The translations under genes were made by a program, and so were the position numbers. From a virus (Duplodnaviria; Caudoviricetes), in IMG/VR virus record IMGVR_UViG_3300032007_000049, positions 41,955 to 105,954 of that record: DNA of 64,000 nucleotides. One strand, written 5' to 3'. Shown piece after piece: positions 50,534 to 59,909 of this stretch; positions within the stretch are counted from its first letter, which is position 1; each line of letters starts with the position of its first letter. Below the pieces are notes generated by a model. It did not search any database, was not told where the DNA came from, and saw nothing but the letters and a program-made list of their open reading frames with translations.

Positions 50534-51571
50534 ATGTCTTTATTACCTGAAAACTATATTATTCAAAAATTTTATGAATACGCTGGTTATGTCCATTATA
50601 TAAAACATAATAATACATATAATGGGTGTTGCCCAATATGTCATGAGGGTAAAAGTTGGGGTAAAAAGAAAAGATGTTTTTATATTCCTAATAATGATAT
50701 TATATACTGTCATAATTGTGGTTGGTCTTCCAACCCTATAAAATGGATATCATATCTTTCTGGTAAATCAAATAAAGAAATTTTCCAAGAAAGCAATAAT
50801 AATGAAGAATATATACCAACATTTAATTCATTACATGAAAATAATATTCAACAAATAGATAATACACCTTCTTTACCAGGGGATTGTGTTAATTTATTTG
50901 ATAAACAACAATTATTATTTTACAAAAAAGAACATATTTTACAATTAGCGGTTGCATATTTAAAACAACGATTATTATATCATGCTATCAATAAACCACC
51001 TGCATTATTTTTATGCAGAAAAGATTTTATACATAAAAATCGAATAATAATTCCATTTTACGATGAAAATAATGATATAATTTATTATCAATCTAGGGGT
51101 ATTTTGCCTAATGATTTAAAAACCAAAGCAAAATATCTTTCTAAATTTGGTGCAGAAAAATCAATTTTTGGAATAAATCAAATTGATAATAAAAACGAAA
51201 ATATATTCATATTTGAAGGCCCTATAGATTCATGTTTTACAAGAAATGGTATAGCAGTTGGTGGAATACAAGAAAATTCAGTATGTAATTTTAATAAAAA
51301 ACAACAAGAACAAATAAAATCTCTCTCATTATTCAACAAAATTTGGGTGTTAGATTCACAATGGAAAGATACTGCGGCATATAATAAATCTAAAATATTA
51401 TTAGAAAATAATGAAACAGTATTTATATGGCCTAAAAATTTAGGTACTCAATATAAAGATTTTAATGATATATGTGTAGATAAACAAATTTTTGAAATTC
51501 CAAATTCGTTTATTGTTAAAAATTCATATAAAGGAATACAAGGATTAATAAAAATGGGAGAAATTAAATAA
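50534..51571 (+). CDS. gp61: DNA primase (T4 gp61-like)
   Basis: CPIC..CHNC zinc finger, RIIIPF, YYQSR, IFEGPIDS Toprim, KDFND. Confidence 0.93.
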   Translation: MSLLPENYIIQKFYEYAGYVHYIKHNNTYNGCCPICHEGKSWGKKKRCFYIPNNDIIYCHNCGWSSNPIKWISYLSGKSNKEIFQESNNNEEYIPTFNSLHENNIQQIDNTPSLPGDCVNLFDKQQLLFYKKEHILQLAVAYLKQRLLYHAINKPPALFLCRKDFIHKNRIIIPFYDENNDIIYYQSRGILPNDLKTKAKYLSKFGAEKSIFGINQIDNKNENIFIFEGPIDSCFTRNGIAVGGIQENSVCNFNKKQQEQIKSLSLFNKIWVLDSQWKDTAAYNKSKILLENNETVFIWPKNLGTQYKDFNDICVDKQIFEIPNSFIVKNSYKGIQGLIKMGEIK

Positions 51572-51573
51572 AA

Positions 51574-51603
51574 AATAACTTGGATCAATTGATCCAAGTT
51601 ATT
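51574..51603. terminator. Perfect 30-bp palindrome between convergent genes
   Basis: AATAACTTGGATCAA/TTGATCCAAGTTATT. Confidence 0.7.
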
Positions 51604-51625
51604 AATAAAGAAAATGTTTATTATA

Positions 51626-52090
51626 TTAAATACCGCGTAACCGACTATTTTGTGTTTGTGATAAATATCCTTTGAATATTTCAGCTAATGTAGCTAAATC
51701 AACAGCAGCACGAGCAATTTTCTTGGATTCGGCGGTTTTGATTTTATCAAAAATAGTTTCGGGAATAGCTTTTGTCAAATTTGATTGTATCGAGTTATCG
51801 GATGTACCATTTAAGAAATCAACAAACCCTTGGATTTTATCAATCCATTCTTTAATTTTATTAAACATTATCTGATTTTGATTTCCAACAACATTCATTA
51901 AATCTTGCGAAGCTTGTATCGCTTGATCTTCACTTGTTTGTAATTGATCAGGTGTTTCTGCATCAAAATCAGCAGGTGTCGAATTTTTATCCAATGTTTC
52001 CGCCATTGCTTGTTCATCTGATATTTCATTTTTCATATCAGCTTCTAATAAAGTAACAAAACGCTTTTTGAATTTATTTTGAATATCCAT
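51626..52090 (-). CDS. Hypothetical late protein, probable internal head protein
   Basis: TAAATA 7 nt upstream; MDIQNKFKKRFVTLLE. Confidence 0.65.
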   Translation of the reverse strand: MDIQNKFKKRFVTLLEADMKNEISDEQAMAETLDKNSTPADFDAETPDQLQTSEDQAIQASQDLMNVVGNQNQIMFNKIKEWIDKIQGFVDFLNGTSDNSIQSNLTKAIPETIFDKIKTAESKKIARAAVDLATLAEIFKGYLSQTQNSRLRGI

Positions 52091-52146
52091 ATATGAATAT
52101 TTATTACTTTTTGTATTAAATCAATGATTTTAATAAATATTCATAT

Positions 52147-52488
52147 ATGGCAGATACGTATAAAAGTAACGCTGATAGACAAATAATGGGATTAAAAAAT
52201 GTATATAATCCCAAAAATATCAACGTTCTTGATACGATTCAACAACGAGATACTAAACTATCGGATATTAATTTTAATATTATCCCTTTTCCTTTAGATA
52301 GATTACCTAAACAATTATCTGATTTATACATATATATTTTAGATTTAAAAAAAGAATTAAGATCATCTATATTAAATAATCCAGAAGCAAGAAAAAGAAT
52401 GAAAACGATCAATAAAATAGATATTGCTCTAGATAAAATTAATGAAATAATTTTAAATGATATTGTTAAAGAATTAGACCATCTTTAA
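52147..52488 (+). CDS. Hypothetical late protein
   Basis: TAAATA 7 nt upstream. Confidence 0.6.
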   Translation: MADTYKSNADRQIMGLKNVYNPKNINVLDTIQQRDTKLSDINFNIIPFPLDRLPKQLSDLYIYILDLKKELRSSILNNPEARKRMKTINKIDIALDKINEIILNDIVKELDHL

Positions 52489-52523
52489 TTTGCTTTTTTA
52501 CTAAAATAACCTAAAATTATATT

Positions 52524-52943
52524 ATGATAGGACTATCTATAACTTTATTAATAAGTTTAATATGTGCTTTAATAGCATATTCATTTTCATCATTTCAAAT
52601 TGCGATATGTGTTTTTGTTGCTAGTATATTATTACAATTTTTAGTATGGTACATATTTATAAATTTTAAGAAAAATAATTTATTGTTTCTTCAACAAAAA
52701 CTAAAAATCGCTGAATTAGACGTATTAAATCGATATACATATAAAGTTAAATGCGCGAATTGTGATTTTGAATATGATACATTAGCGTTTATAAATGATG
52801 AAAACATATCTATATGTCCTAATTGTAAACAAAAAAATAAATTAATAATAGATATTAAACCTGTTATAGTGCTTGAAAATATACAAGATATAAACTTGGC
52901 GCAAAATGAAATATATAATAAATTAATTAATTTACAAAAATGA
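52524..52943 (+). CDS. Membrane protein with zinc ribbon
   Basis: Two N-terminal TM helices; CANC..CPNC; early promoter TTGCTT-N16-TAAAAT. Confidence 0.7.
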   Translation: MIGLSITLLISLICALIAYSFSSFQIAICVFVASILLQFLVWYIFINFKKNNLLFLQQKLKIAELDVLNRYTYKVKCANCDFEYDTLAFINDENISICPNCKQKNKLIIDIKPVIVLENIQDINLAQNEIYNKLINLQK

Positions 52944-53368
52944 CACCCGACGAATTAGAAGAAATAAAAAAATCTTATATATTTAAAAATGCAGTTGATG
53001 TAACTCAAAAAATAGATACACCAACACAAACAGTAAATAAAGAAAATATAATAAATTTATTAGATCAATATATTAAACAAAACTACCCACAGTATTGGAA
53101 TAAATACATGGAAGGTAAAATGTATGGCAAATCAAATTCCACAATAGATAATTTACCTAATATAATTAATAAATACGTTTCAGTGATATGTAAAGAAATG
53201 TTTTTACAAAATCATGAAATTGATAAACAAACTAAACAACTTATCACAAATCTTTTAGATAATCAAACTGAAGCATCTTTTAAATTAAATAAAATTTATA
53301 ACAATCTCCAAATTGATTATAATCCAATTTTAATTTATTTATTAAGCTTGGTCATACATAGACTTTGA
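52940..53368 (+). CDS. Hypothetical protein
   Basis: ATGA overlap with the upstream ORF. Confidence 0.6.
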   Translation: MTPDELEEIKKSYIFKNAVDVTQKIDTPTQTVNKENIINLLDQYIKQNYPQYWNKYMEGKMYGKSNSTIDNLPNIINKYVSVICKEMFLQNHEIDKQTKQLITNLLDNQTEASFKLNKIYNNLQIDYNPILIYLLSLVIHRL

Positions 53369-53563
53369 TTTCTTTTTAAACAATAAATCCTTTCTTCTAA
53401 CAGAAAGCTCTTTTCGTATTTTATGAATTAATGATTTCATATTCATTAATAAAGCGCGCGCCCGGCGCCCAGAAATTAAAAAATCTTTGTTATTAAATCT
53501 ATCAACTTCTTTTAAATATTGTTCGAACATTTCTTTAAATTTTTCTTGGGTTTCAGTTGTCAT
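53342..53563 (-). CDS. Small basic protein, histone H1-like (Hc1-family-like)
   Basis: SGRRARALLMNMKSLIHKIRKEL resembles the AGTRARK..L..L.K..RK pattern; early promoter. Confidence 0.55.
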   Translation of the reverse strand: MTTETQEKFKEMFEQYLKEVDRFNNKDFLISGRRARALLMNMKSLIHKIRKELSVRRKDLLFKKKSKSMYDQA

Positions 53564-53629
53564 ATTTTTATTTTAAAAACAAATTATTGAAAATCAAATA
53601 AACTAATACACCTAAATATTTTAAACGAT

Positions 53630-53938
53630 ATGGCACAAGTTAAAAAATTTAATGATTTATTAAATGAAACCATGGCAGAAATGCAAGCTATGGGTCAACC
53701 TGCACTTGGTGCTAATTATAATATTTCTTCTATTCAAAATGTGCCTGCTCCTGGTTATACTTCTCCGGGGAAATCAATATTGCCAACAGAAGAAAACGAA
53801 GAAAATGAAGGAAATATTGAAACAAAAATTAATCTTTATAATAATATAAAAAATATTGTCTTAAATTCAAAAACTAAAAAGCTTCAGAAATTAAGACAAA
53901 TTATAAAATTAATAGATGATTATAAAGAAATTAACTAA
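53630..53938 (+). CDS. Hypothetical late protein, probable internal head protein
   Basis: TAAATA upstream; MAQVKKFNDLLNE. Confidence 0.6.
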   Translation: MAQVKKFNDLLNETMAEMQAMGQPALGANYNISSIQNVPAPGYTSPGKSILPTEENEENEGNIETKINLYNNIKNIVLNSKTKKLQKLRQIIKLIDDYKEIN

Positions 53939-54323
53939 TTGTTGTATTATTATTAATAATTGTTTCTAATTTATTTAATACAGATTTTGCATTTTTACTG
54001 TTAATATCTTTTATATTAATCATATCTGTATATTGCGAAGGGTCTAATTCAGTAATTAACGCCTTATAAATTAATTGTATATATAATAATTCTTTACTAT
54101 CCGCTATATCATCACTTTCCTGTTGATCTGGTAGTTCGGAATTTTCCGGCTGTTCTATTTGACTCTGCGGTTCAGGTGATGTTTGATTTACAGTCTGATC
54201 ATCAACAATTGGTTGATCTGTTAGTTGTTCTTGTGGGGCCATTTCAGGTGCAGGACCGGCTTCAATAACTAATTCATGTTCAGCTGCAATTTTATTAATT
54301 AATTGTTCAAATAATCTACTCAT
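53931..54323 (-). CDS. Acidic Pro/Gln-rich protein, probable internal head protein
   Basis: Start taken at MSRLFEQLINKIAAE; low-complexity P/Q/E linker. Confidence 0.6.
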   Translation of the reverse strand: MSRLFEQLINKIAAEHELVIEAGPAPEMAPQEQLTDQPIVDDQTVNQTSPEPQSQIEQPENSELPDQQESDDIADSKELLYIQLIYKALITELDPSQYTDMINIKDINSKNAKSVLNKLETIINNNTTIS

Positions 54324-54324
54324 T

Positions 54325-54783
54325 TTATTTATTTCCACTTAAAATTTTCTGTGCAGTTTCTGTAGTATTGGCAATAACTTGATCCATTGCTTTACCATAC
54401 ATATTTAATGCTTTTGTTGCATTATCACTCACTTGCCCCATACCAGCAGCTTGTAATTTTTCTTTATTGTTTATAGCATTTGTTAATTGATCAATATCAT
54501 TTGGATTCATTTGTATTTCAATATCACTATTTTCTTCGTCTTCTTCTTCAAATGATAAATCATCATCAATACGATCTAAACATTCAATTCTAAATTTACT
54601 TACAATTTTACCTGTCCTCTTTTGTCTCACATAAATAATATCTGATTCCGGACGGCAATCAAAATATAATACGGGATCTTTAATAATTACATTATTTTTA
54701 AACCAGTCAAATAAGGATTCGCAACTTAACGATGGATCTAAATATGTTTTTATTTCATTTAAAAGTTTTAACGTTTTACTCAT
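54325..54783 (-). CDS. Hypothetical late protein
   Basis: TAAATA 6 nt upstream; MSKTLKLLNE; acidic EEEDEE. Confidence 0.6.
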   Translation of the reverse strand: MSKTLKLLNEIKTYLDPSLSCESLFDWFKNNVIIKDPVLYFDCRPESDIIYVRQKRTGKIVSKFRIECLDRIDDDLSFEEEDEENSDIEIQMNPNDIDQLTNAINNKEKLQAAGMGQVSDNATKALNMYGKAMDQVIANTTETAQKILSGNK

Positions 54784-54792
54784 TATAAATAT

Positions 54793-56256
54793 TTATTCAC
54801 AAATTTGATATTCTTTATATGGAAATTTTTCTTTAGAATATATTTCTTTTCTGTTATTTAAATGTTTAATACCATATTTTAATTGATCTGCAATATCAAT
54901 AACCAATAATTTGTTCTTATTTTTATTCAATCGTATACCACGACCAATTGATTGAACAATTCTAATAAAAGATTGACCACCAGCAGCAAACACAACCATA
55001 TTAATATTACTAATATCAATACCGGTAGAAAATATAGTGCTCATTGCAACGCAGATTACATTATTTTGTTCTTCTAAAATTTTAAATATTTCTCTACGTT
55101 CGTCAATTTCGACATCTCCTTTAATAAAACAAACTGTTTTTTCAGGGCAATGTATTTTAATATAATTATATAATATATCTAAATGGTGTAACGAATTTAC
55201 AAGTATTAATATATTTTTATCGAATGTTTTGCAAACTTTATTAATAATACTATTTCTATATTCATTTTCAAAAATCCAATTATATTCTTTATCATATACT
55301 TCAGTTGAATCAACTATATATTCATTGCCATGTTCATCTGTTCCTATATCAAATTTAAATTTAGGTGGATGCTTATATTTAATATTCAATATTTTTACTT
55401 CGGTATTGGTTAATTTATTTTCTTGTCTTAACTCATGGCTGGATTTTTGATAAACTACACTTCCGAATATCCCTTGGACGGTCCAACTATCTATTTGTTT
55501 AGGTGGTAAAGTACCTGTAAATCCGTATTTATGTAGGATCAATATACTATCAACAAATTTAGTAATGGCATTTCCTTTTGTTGCATGATGTACTTCATCC
55601 ATTATTAACAAATCAATACCTTTTTTAAATATTTTTTTAGCTAAATCAATATTCTTTTTATTTGTAATATAATGATTATTAATAATATTACAGTTATATT
55701 TTAATAAAATATCATCAGATTCCCATTTTCCTATAGAAAATGACGCTCCATATTGTTTAAATTTTTCTATAGTTTGTGGTATCATACTAGTACCATCAAC
55801 TAATAAAAGACATCTGAAATTTTTCCCTATAGCTTTATAATAACTTTCAATTAATCCTGCTTGTATAATTGTTTTACCACCACCAGTTCCAATTACACAT
55901 AAACCACGACCTTTATTTAATAATTTTCGCAAGCAATCTTCCTGATAATCATAATAATCATATAAAGTAAAATTTTGTAATTCATAATCTGTAGTGGGAT
56001 ATATTATTTTTCTTATTTCATCTGAAATTTTAAACTCTATATTTTTCTGTCTAGCATAATTTTCATATTCTTCGATCATACCAGTTCGACAAAGACCAGT
56101 AGGTGTAATTGTGTATTCCATGGTACTAATATATGGATTACGAGAGTGTTTAGAAGCCTCATTAAATACACTAAATTTATTACGAATTATATCAAAATCA
56201 ATTTTAGAACCTATTAGTTGACATAATCCTTTATTTGCTAGATAGTTTACTATCAT
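54793..56256 (-). CDS. uvsW: SF2 DNA helicase (UvsW-like)
   Basis: YDYQ, GTGGGKT, DEVHH, GFTGT, FSTGIDI, QSIGRGIR. Confidence 0.93.
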   Translation of the reverse strand: MIVNYLANKGLCQLIGSKIDFDIIRNKFSVFNEASKHSRNPYISTMEYTITPTGLCRTGMIEEYENYARQKNIEFKISDEIRKIIYPTTDYELQNFTLYDYYDYQEDCLRKLLNKGRGLCVIGTGGGKTIIQAGLIESYYKAIGKNFRCLLLVDGTSMIPQTIEKFKQYGASFSIGKWESDDILLKYNCNIINNHYITNKKNIDLAKKIFKKGIDLLIMDEVHHATKGNAITKFVDSILILHKYGFTGTLPPKQIDSWTVQGIFGSVVYQKSSHELRQENKLTNTEVKILNIKYKHPPKFKFDIGTDEHGNEYIVDSTEVYDKEYNWIFENEYRNSIINKVCKTFDKNILILVNSLHHLDILYNYIKIHCPEKTVCFIKGDVEIDERREIFKILEEQNNVICVAMSTIFSTGIDISNINMVVFAAGGQSFIRIVQSIGRGIRLNKNKNKLLVIDIADQLKYGIKHLNNRKEIYSKEKFPYKEYQICE

Positions 56257-56651
56257 TATAATTGTTCCATTTTATTCAATTCAATTATGTTTTTTATATC
56301 ATAACTCATTGAACGAAATATTTGTTCTGATTTTTCTAATAATTCAATGATAAATACTAATTCTTCTAATCTATTATCAATTTCTTTTATGGGTTTAGAT
56401 TCTAAAACAGCTTTTTCTGCTGTTGCTCTTGAAATAGATACTTTAGATTCTTTTATAATTTTTTCTATTAATTCTTGTAATATTTTTTTTCTTTTTTTCG
56501 TTAATTCTATTTGTTCTTTTTTATATAAAACTAACTTAGTAGCCCAATAATGTTTTTTAGATGGCAACATTTTTTGTTGTTCTAAAATATTCATATCATC
56601 TATATGGGTATCTTTACGAATTTCTTCAATTATAGTATTTAATTCATCCAT
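56256..56651 (-). CDS. uvsY: Recombination mediator (UvsY-like)
   Basis: IRKDTHIDD..PSKKHYW..SMSYDIKNIIE; adjacent to uvsW. Confidence 0.8.
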   Translation of the reverse strand: MDELNTIIEEIRKDTHIDDMNILEQQKMLPSKKHYWATKLVLYKKEQIELTKKRKKILQELIEKIIKESKVSISRATAEKAVLESKPIKEIDNRLEELVFIIELLEKSEQIFRSMSYDIKNIIELNKMEQL

Positions 56652-56698
56652 GCTAATAATTATATGATTTTCATTAAATTTTGCAATAAATATTTACG

Positions 56699-56911
56699 AT
56701 GTCATCATTTTTAAAACTTTGTAAATTAATAATAGAAGATAACACATCTTTTAGTTGTTTAGGATCAACCAATTATTCTTGGGATGCAGATGGCACCAAT
56801 ATTGATTACGCTAAAGGAGACAATAGAATACCTAAAATTTTAGGAACAAAAAAGAAATCTAAAAAGAATAAAAAAACTAAAATAAAAATTTTAAGAAGAA
56901 ATTTCAAATAA
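56699..56911 (+). CDS. Small basic late protein
   Basis: TAAATA 6 nt upstream; MSSFLKLCKLIIE; DYAKGDNRIPKILG..RR. Confidence 0.6.
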   Translation: MSSFLKLCKLIIEDNTSFSCLGSTNYSWDADGTNIDYAKGDNRIPKILGTKKKSKKNKKTKIKILRRNFK

Positions 56912-56915
56912 TTTT

Positions 56916-57320
56916 ATGGAATTAGGACATTGGCAATTAATTCCCGGATTAGAATGGGATAATAATGCATTTGGATTTGTATATCTTATAACCAATCTGA
57001 CTAATAATAAAAAATATATAGGTTGTAAGATGTTAAAAAAAATTATTAAAAGAAAACCTCTTAAGGGGAAGAAAAATAAAAGACATTGTGAAGTTGAAAG
57101 TGATTGGAAAGAATATACAAGTTCTTCTAATGAACTTAATAATGACATTACTACATTAGGTAAACAAAATTTTAAATTTGAAATAATTCAATTTGCTTAT
57201 AGTAAATCCCATTTAAAATATTGTGAAGCAAAACAACAATTTGATAATGATGTTTTATTAAAGGAAGGATGGTATAATGGAATTATTAATCTAAGAGTTG
57301 GTAGAATCAAATTGACATAA
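56916..57320 (+). CDS. GIY-YIG family nuclease
   Basis: FGFVYLITNLTNNKKYIGCK, ESDWKEYTSSS, YN. Confidence 0.85.
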   Translation: MELGHWQLIPGLEWDNNAFGFVYLITNLTNNKKYIGCKMLKKIIKRKPLKGKKNKRHCEVESDWKEYTSSSNELNNDITTLGKQNFKFEIIQFAYSKSHLKYCEAKQQFDNDVLLKEGWYNGIINLRVGRIKLT

Positions 57321-57345
57321 AATATTTTTATTTTAAAATAAGTGT

Positions 57346-57804
57346 ATGTCTGATTCTATTAATGATGTATTAAACAATTCATTTGATGATGCATTATCGT
57401 TTATATTAAATAATAACATACCATCTGAAAAATTTGATAAAAATATCAAATCTATATATAGATATCATATAATTAATAATATTTGTAGATATTTAATTGC
57501 GAATAATCTTAAAATAGTATTTTACAATACAGACCAATTAATTTTTAAATATTTTAAAAAAACAGATATAATTAAATTAATTGAACAAATTTTTAAAAAA
57601 TTAAACATGTATTTACCAATAATAATATCGGATAAATCACCAACAGATCCTGGTATAAAAATTGAATTACGTAATTTATTAGAGTCAAATTCAAATAAAA
57701 TAATTAATTTTAACAAATTAAGAAAATTTATTAATACTAATAATATATCCTCCTTAAATGATGATTTAGTAAATTCTTTAAAATTTCGACAATTTTTTTC
57801 ATAA
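57346..57804 (+). CDS. Hypothetical early protein
   Basis: TTGACA-N16-TAAAAT-N6-ATG. Confidence 0.6.
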   Translation: MSDSINDVLNNSFDDALSFILNNNIPSEKFDKNIKSIYRYHIINNICRYLIANNLKIVFYNTDQLIFKYFKKTDIIKLIEQIFKKLNMYLPIIISDKSPTDPGIKIELRNLLESNSNKIINFNKLRKFINTNNISSLNDDLVNSLKFRQFFS

Positions 57805-57854
57805 TTTTTTTTATTTTTTCGAAAAAAATCGGTTGATTTTTAATTTTAAATTTT

Positions 57855-57996
57855 TATAATATATATATAAAATATAATATATATATAAAATATAATATAT
57901 ATATAAAATATAATATATATATAAAATATAATATATATATAAAATATAATATATATATAAAATATAATATATATATAAAATATAATATATATAAAA
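57855..57996. repeat. Pure A/T tandem repeat, 18-bp unit TATAATATATATATAAAA, about 7 full copies plus one 16-bp copy
   Basis: Read directly; intergenic, upstream of gp55. Confidence 0.95.
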
Positions 57997-58077
57997 TTTT
58001 TATGTTTTTGCGAATTGGTTAAATGATTTTGTGTATTTGTATTGAAAAATGATGGGTATGGAATATAATGGGTAAAA

Positions 58078-58656
58078 ATGAATATTTCATACGACTTAAA
58101 ATTAACAAAAAAAGAAAAGAAAAAATTATTTTATATTGATCGGGATGTTTTAGAAGAAGAAATAAAAAAATATTATAATACAGATGTTTTTTCTGAAGCA
58201 TTAGGATCAATGATACAAAAAATTGCTTATGGATTAAGTTATGCAACTAATTATATCAATTATACATATAAAGAAGATATGATTAGTGATGCAATAATGA
58301 ATATGTTTAAAGCAATTTATAAAAAGAATTTTAATTTTAATAAAGTTAAATGTCCTGAATGTGAACATATTTTTCTTTTAAAAAGTACAGAAGATAACCC
58401 ATATCCAACACCTAAAAAAACTAAATGCCCTAATTGTAAAAAAAGTATAGTACCTGTTAGATTTAATCCTTTTTCTTATTTAACACAAATTGCTTCATTT
58501 GCTTTTATTAATCGTATCAAAATTGAAAATAAACTAAACGATTCAAAATTAGATTATGCACAAAAAGTATATGAAGATATTATGGTTGATAACCCTTGTT
58601 ATTATGCATATATAAAAAGTATTGATAATAACAATGATGATAATTTAAATGAATAA
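58078..58656 (+). CDS. gp55: Late transcription sigma factor (T4 gp55-like) with Zn-ribbon insertion
   Basis: KIAYGLSYATNYINYTYKEDMISDA, NPFSYLTQIASFAFINRI; precedes gp47/gp46. Confidence 0.9.
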   Translation: MNISYDLKLTKKEKKKLFYIDRDVLEEEIKKYYNTDVFSEALGSMIQKIAYGLSYATNYINYTYKEDMISDAIMNMFKAIYKKNFNFNKVKCPECEHIFLLKSTEDNPYPTPKKTKCPNCKKSIVPVRFNPFSYLTQIASFAFINRIKIENKLNDSKLDYAQKVYEDIMVDNPCYYAYIKSIDNNNDDNLNE

Positions 58657-59695
58657 AATAGCATTATTTACTGATATCCATTTTGGTATTCATCAAAATA
58701 GTAAAGAATGGATACAAATTACTTTTGAATGGTTACAAAATTTTAAAAAATATTGTATTGATAATAATATACAAGATATTATATTTTGTGGCGATTTTTT
58801 TAATCCAAGAGATATAGTAACTTGGTCTACTGTTGATTATGGTAAAAAATGTATTGAATATTTAAGAAAGAATTTTAGATTACATCTTTTAGTTGGTAAT
58901 CATTGTTGTTTCCATAAAGATAATACAGATATTAACAGTCTTAATATTTTTAAAGGATTAGAAAATGTATATGTTTACGATCAACCAAGTAGTGTAACAA
59001 TTTGCAATAAACAATTTTTATTTATTCCATGGTTTGAAAATAAAGATAAATTAAATATGGTTTATGATTATTTTAGTGGCAAATTTGATGCAATAATTGG
59101 ACATTTTGAAATTAATTCATTTAAAATGTCAGGGAAAATTTGTGAAAATAATATCGAATCATCATATTTATTATCCAAAGCTCCTCTTATATTTTCAGGA
59201 CATTTCCATCTTCGACAAGTAAGACATTATGAAAATGGTGATATTGTATATATTGGAACTCCTTTTCAAATGGATTTTAGTGATGAAGATGACACAAAAG
59301 GATTTATGATTTTAGATACTAAAGATATGTCTTATGAATTTATAAATAATACAAAATCTCCTTTGTTCCATCGATTAAAATATTCACAATGGGAAAATAT
59401 AACCAATACAGATAATGCAAAAAAATTAATAAAAAATAATTTTATTTCATTATCTATTGATAAACCAATAACTAACGAAGAATTAGAAAAAATAACAAAT
59501 AATATTAGATTATTAAACCCTAGACAATTAACAGTAGAAGTTCAACCTATTGAAAATATTGATAATTCTAAAATCGAAATTGATACTATTGATATGAAAA
59601 AATCTTTTATTAATTTTATTTCATCATTAGATTATAAATATAAAAATGAATTAACATCTTATATCCTTGAAAAATATGCAAAGAGTCAACTTTAA
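58649..59695 (+). CDS. gp47: Recombination endonuclease subunit (gp47, Mre11/SbcD-like)
   Basis: FTDIHFG, GDFF, VGNH, GHFE, SGHFH metallophosphoesterase motifs. Confidence 0.93.
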   Translation: MNKIALFTDIHFGIHQNSKEWIQITFEWLQNFKKYCIDNNIQDIIFCGDFFNPRDIVTWSTVDYGKKCIEYLRKNFRLHLLVGNHCCFHKDNTDINSLNIFKGLENVYVYDQPSSVTICNKQFLFIPWFENKDKLNMVYDYFSGKFDAIIGHFEINSFKMSGKICENNIESSYLLSKAPLIFSGHFHLRQVRHYENGDIVYIGTPFQMDFSDEDDTKGFMILDTKDMSYEFINNTKSPLFHRLKYSQWENITNTDNAKKLIKNNFISLSIDKPITNEELEKITNNIRLLNPRQLTVEVQPIENIDNSKIEIDTIDMKKSFINFISSLDYKYKNELTSYILEKYAKSQL

Positions 59696-59909
59696 AAAAA
59701 TTACAATACAAAATTTTTTATCCATTGGTGATGATCCTGTTGAAATCAATTTTAAAACTGGTGTAAATTTTATAACAGGTATTAATAAAGATAAATGTGA
59801 TAGACGTAATGGCTGTGGAAAATGTCTACATCCATTGACTGAGATTGATGTGAAAACCAATGATAAAACGGTATTGGATAAACTGCAATTATTTTTAAAT
59901 AACAAATAA
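59676..59909 (+). CDS. gp46: gp46 N-extein (49 aa) fused to split intein N-fragment (28 aa)
   Basis: FKKITIQNFLSIG..ITGINKD..NGCGK then CLHPLTEIDV.. intein block A, then stop. Confidence 0.9.
   Translation: MQRVNFKKITIQNFLSIGDDPVEINFKTGVNFITGINKDKCDRRNGCGKCLHPLTEIDVKTNDKTVLDKLQLFLNNK

Noticed and set aside
56916-57320. GIY-YIG ORF as a mobile homing endonuclease
   Set aside because: It is only a 134-aa catalytic domain with no DNA-binding extension and interrupts nothing; it is more likely a resident nuclease.
57855-57996. Possible CRISPR array
   Set aside because: Repeats are contiguous with no unique spacers, and no cas genes are visible.
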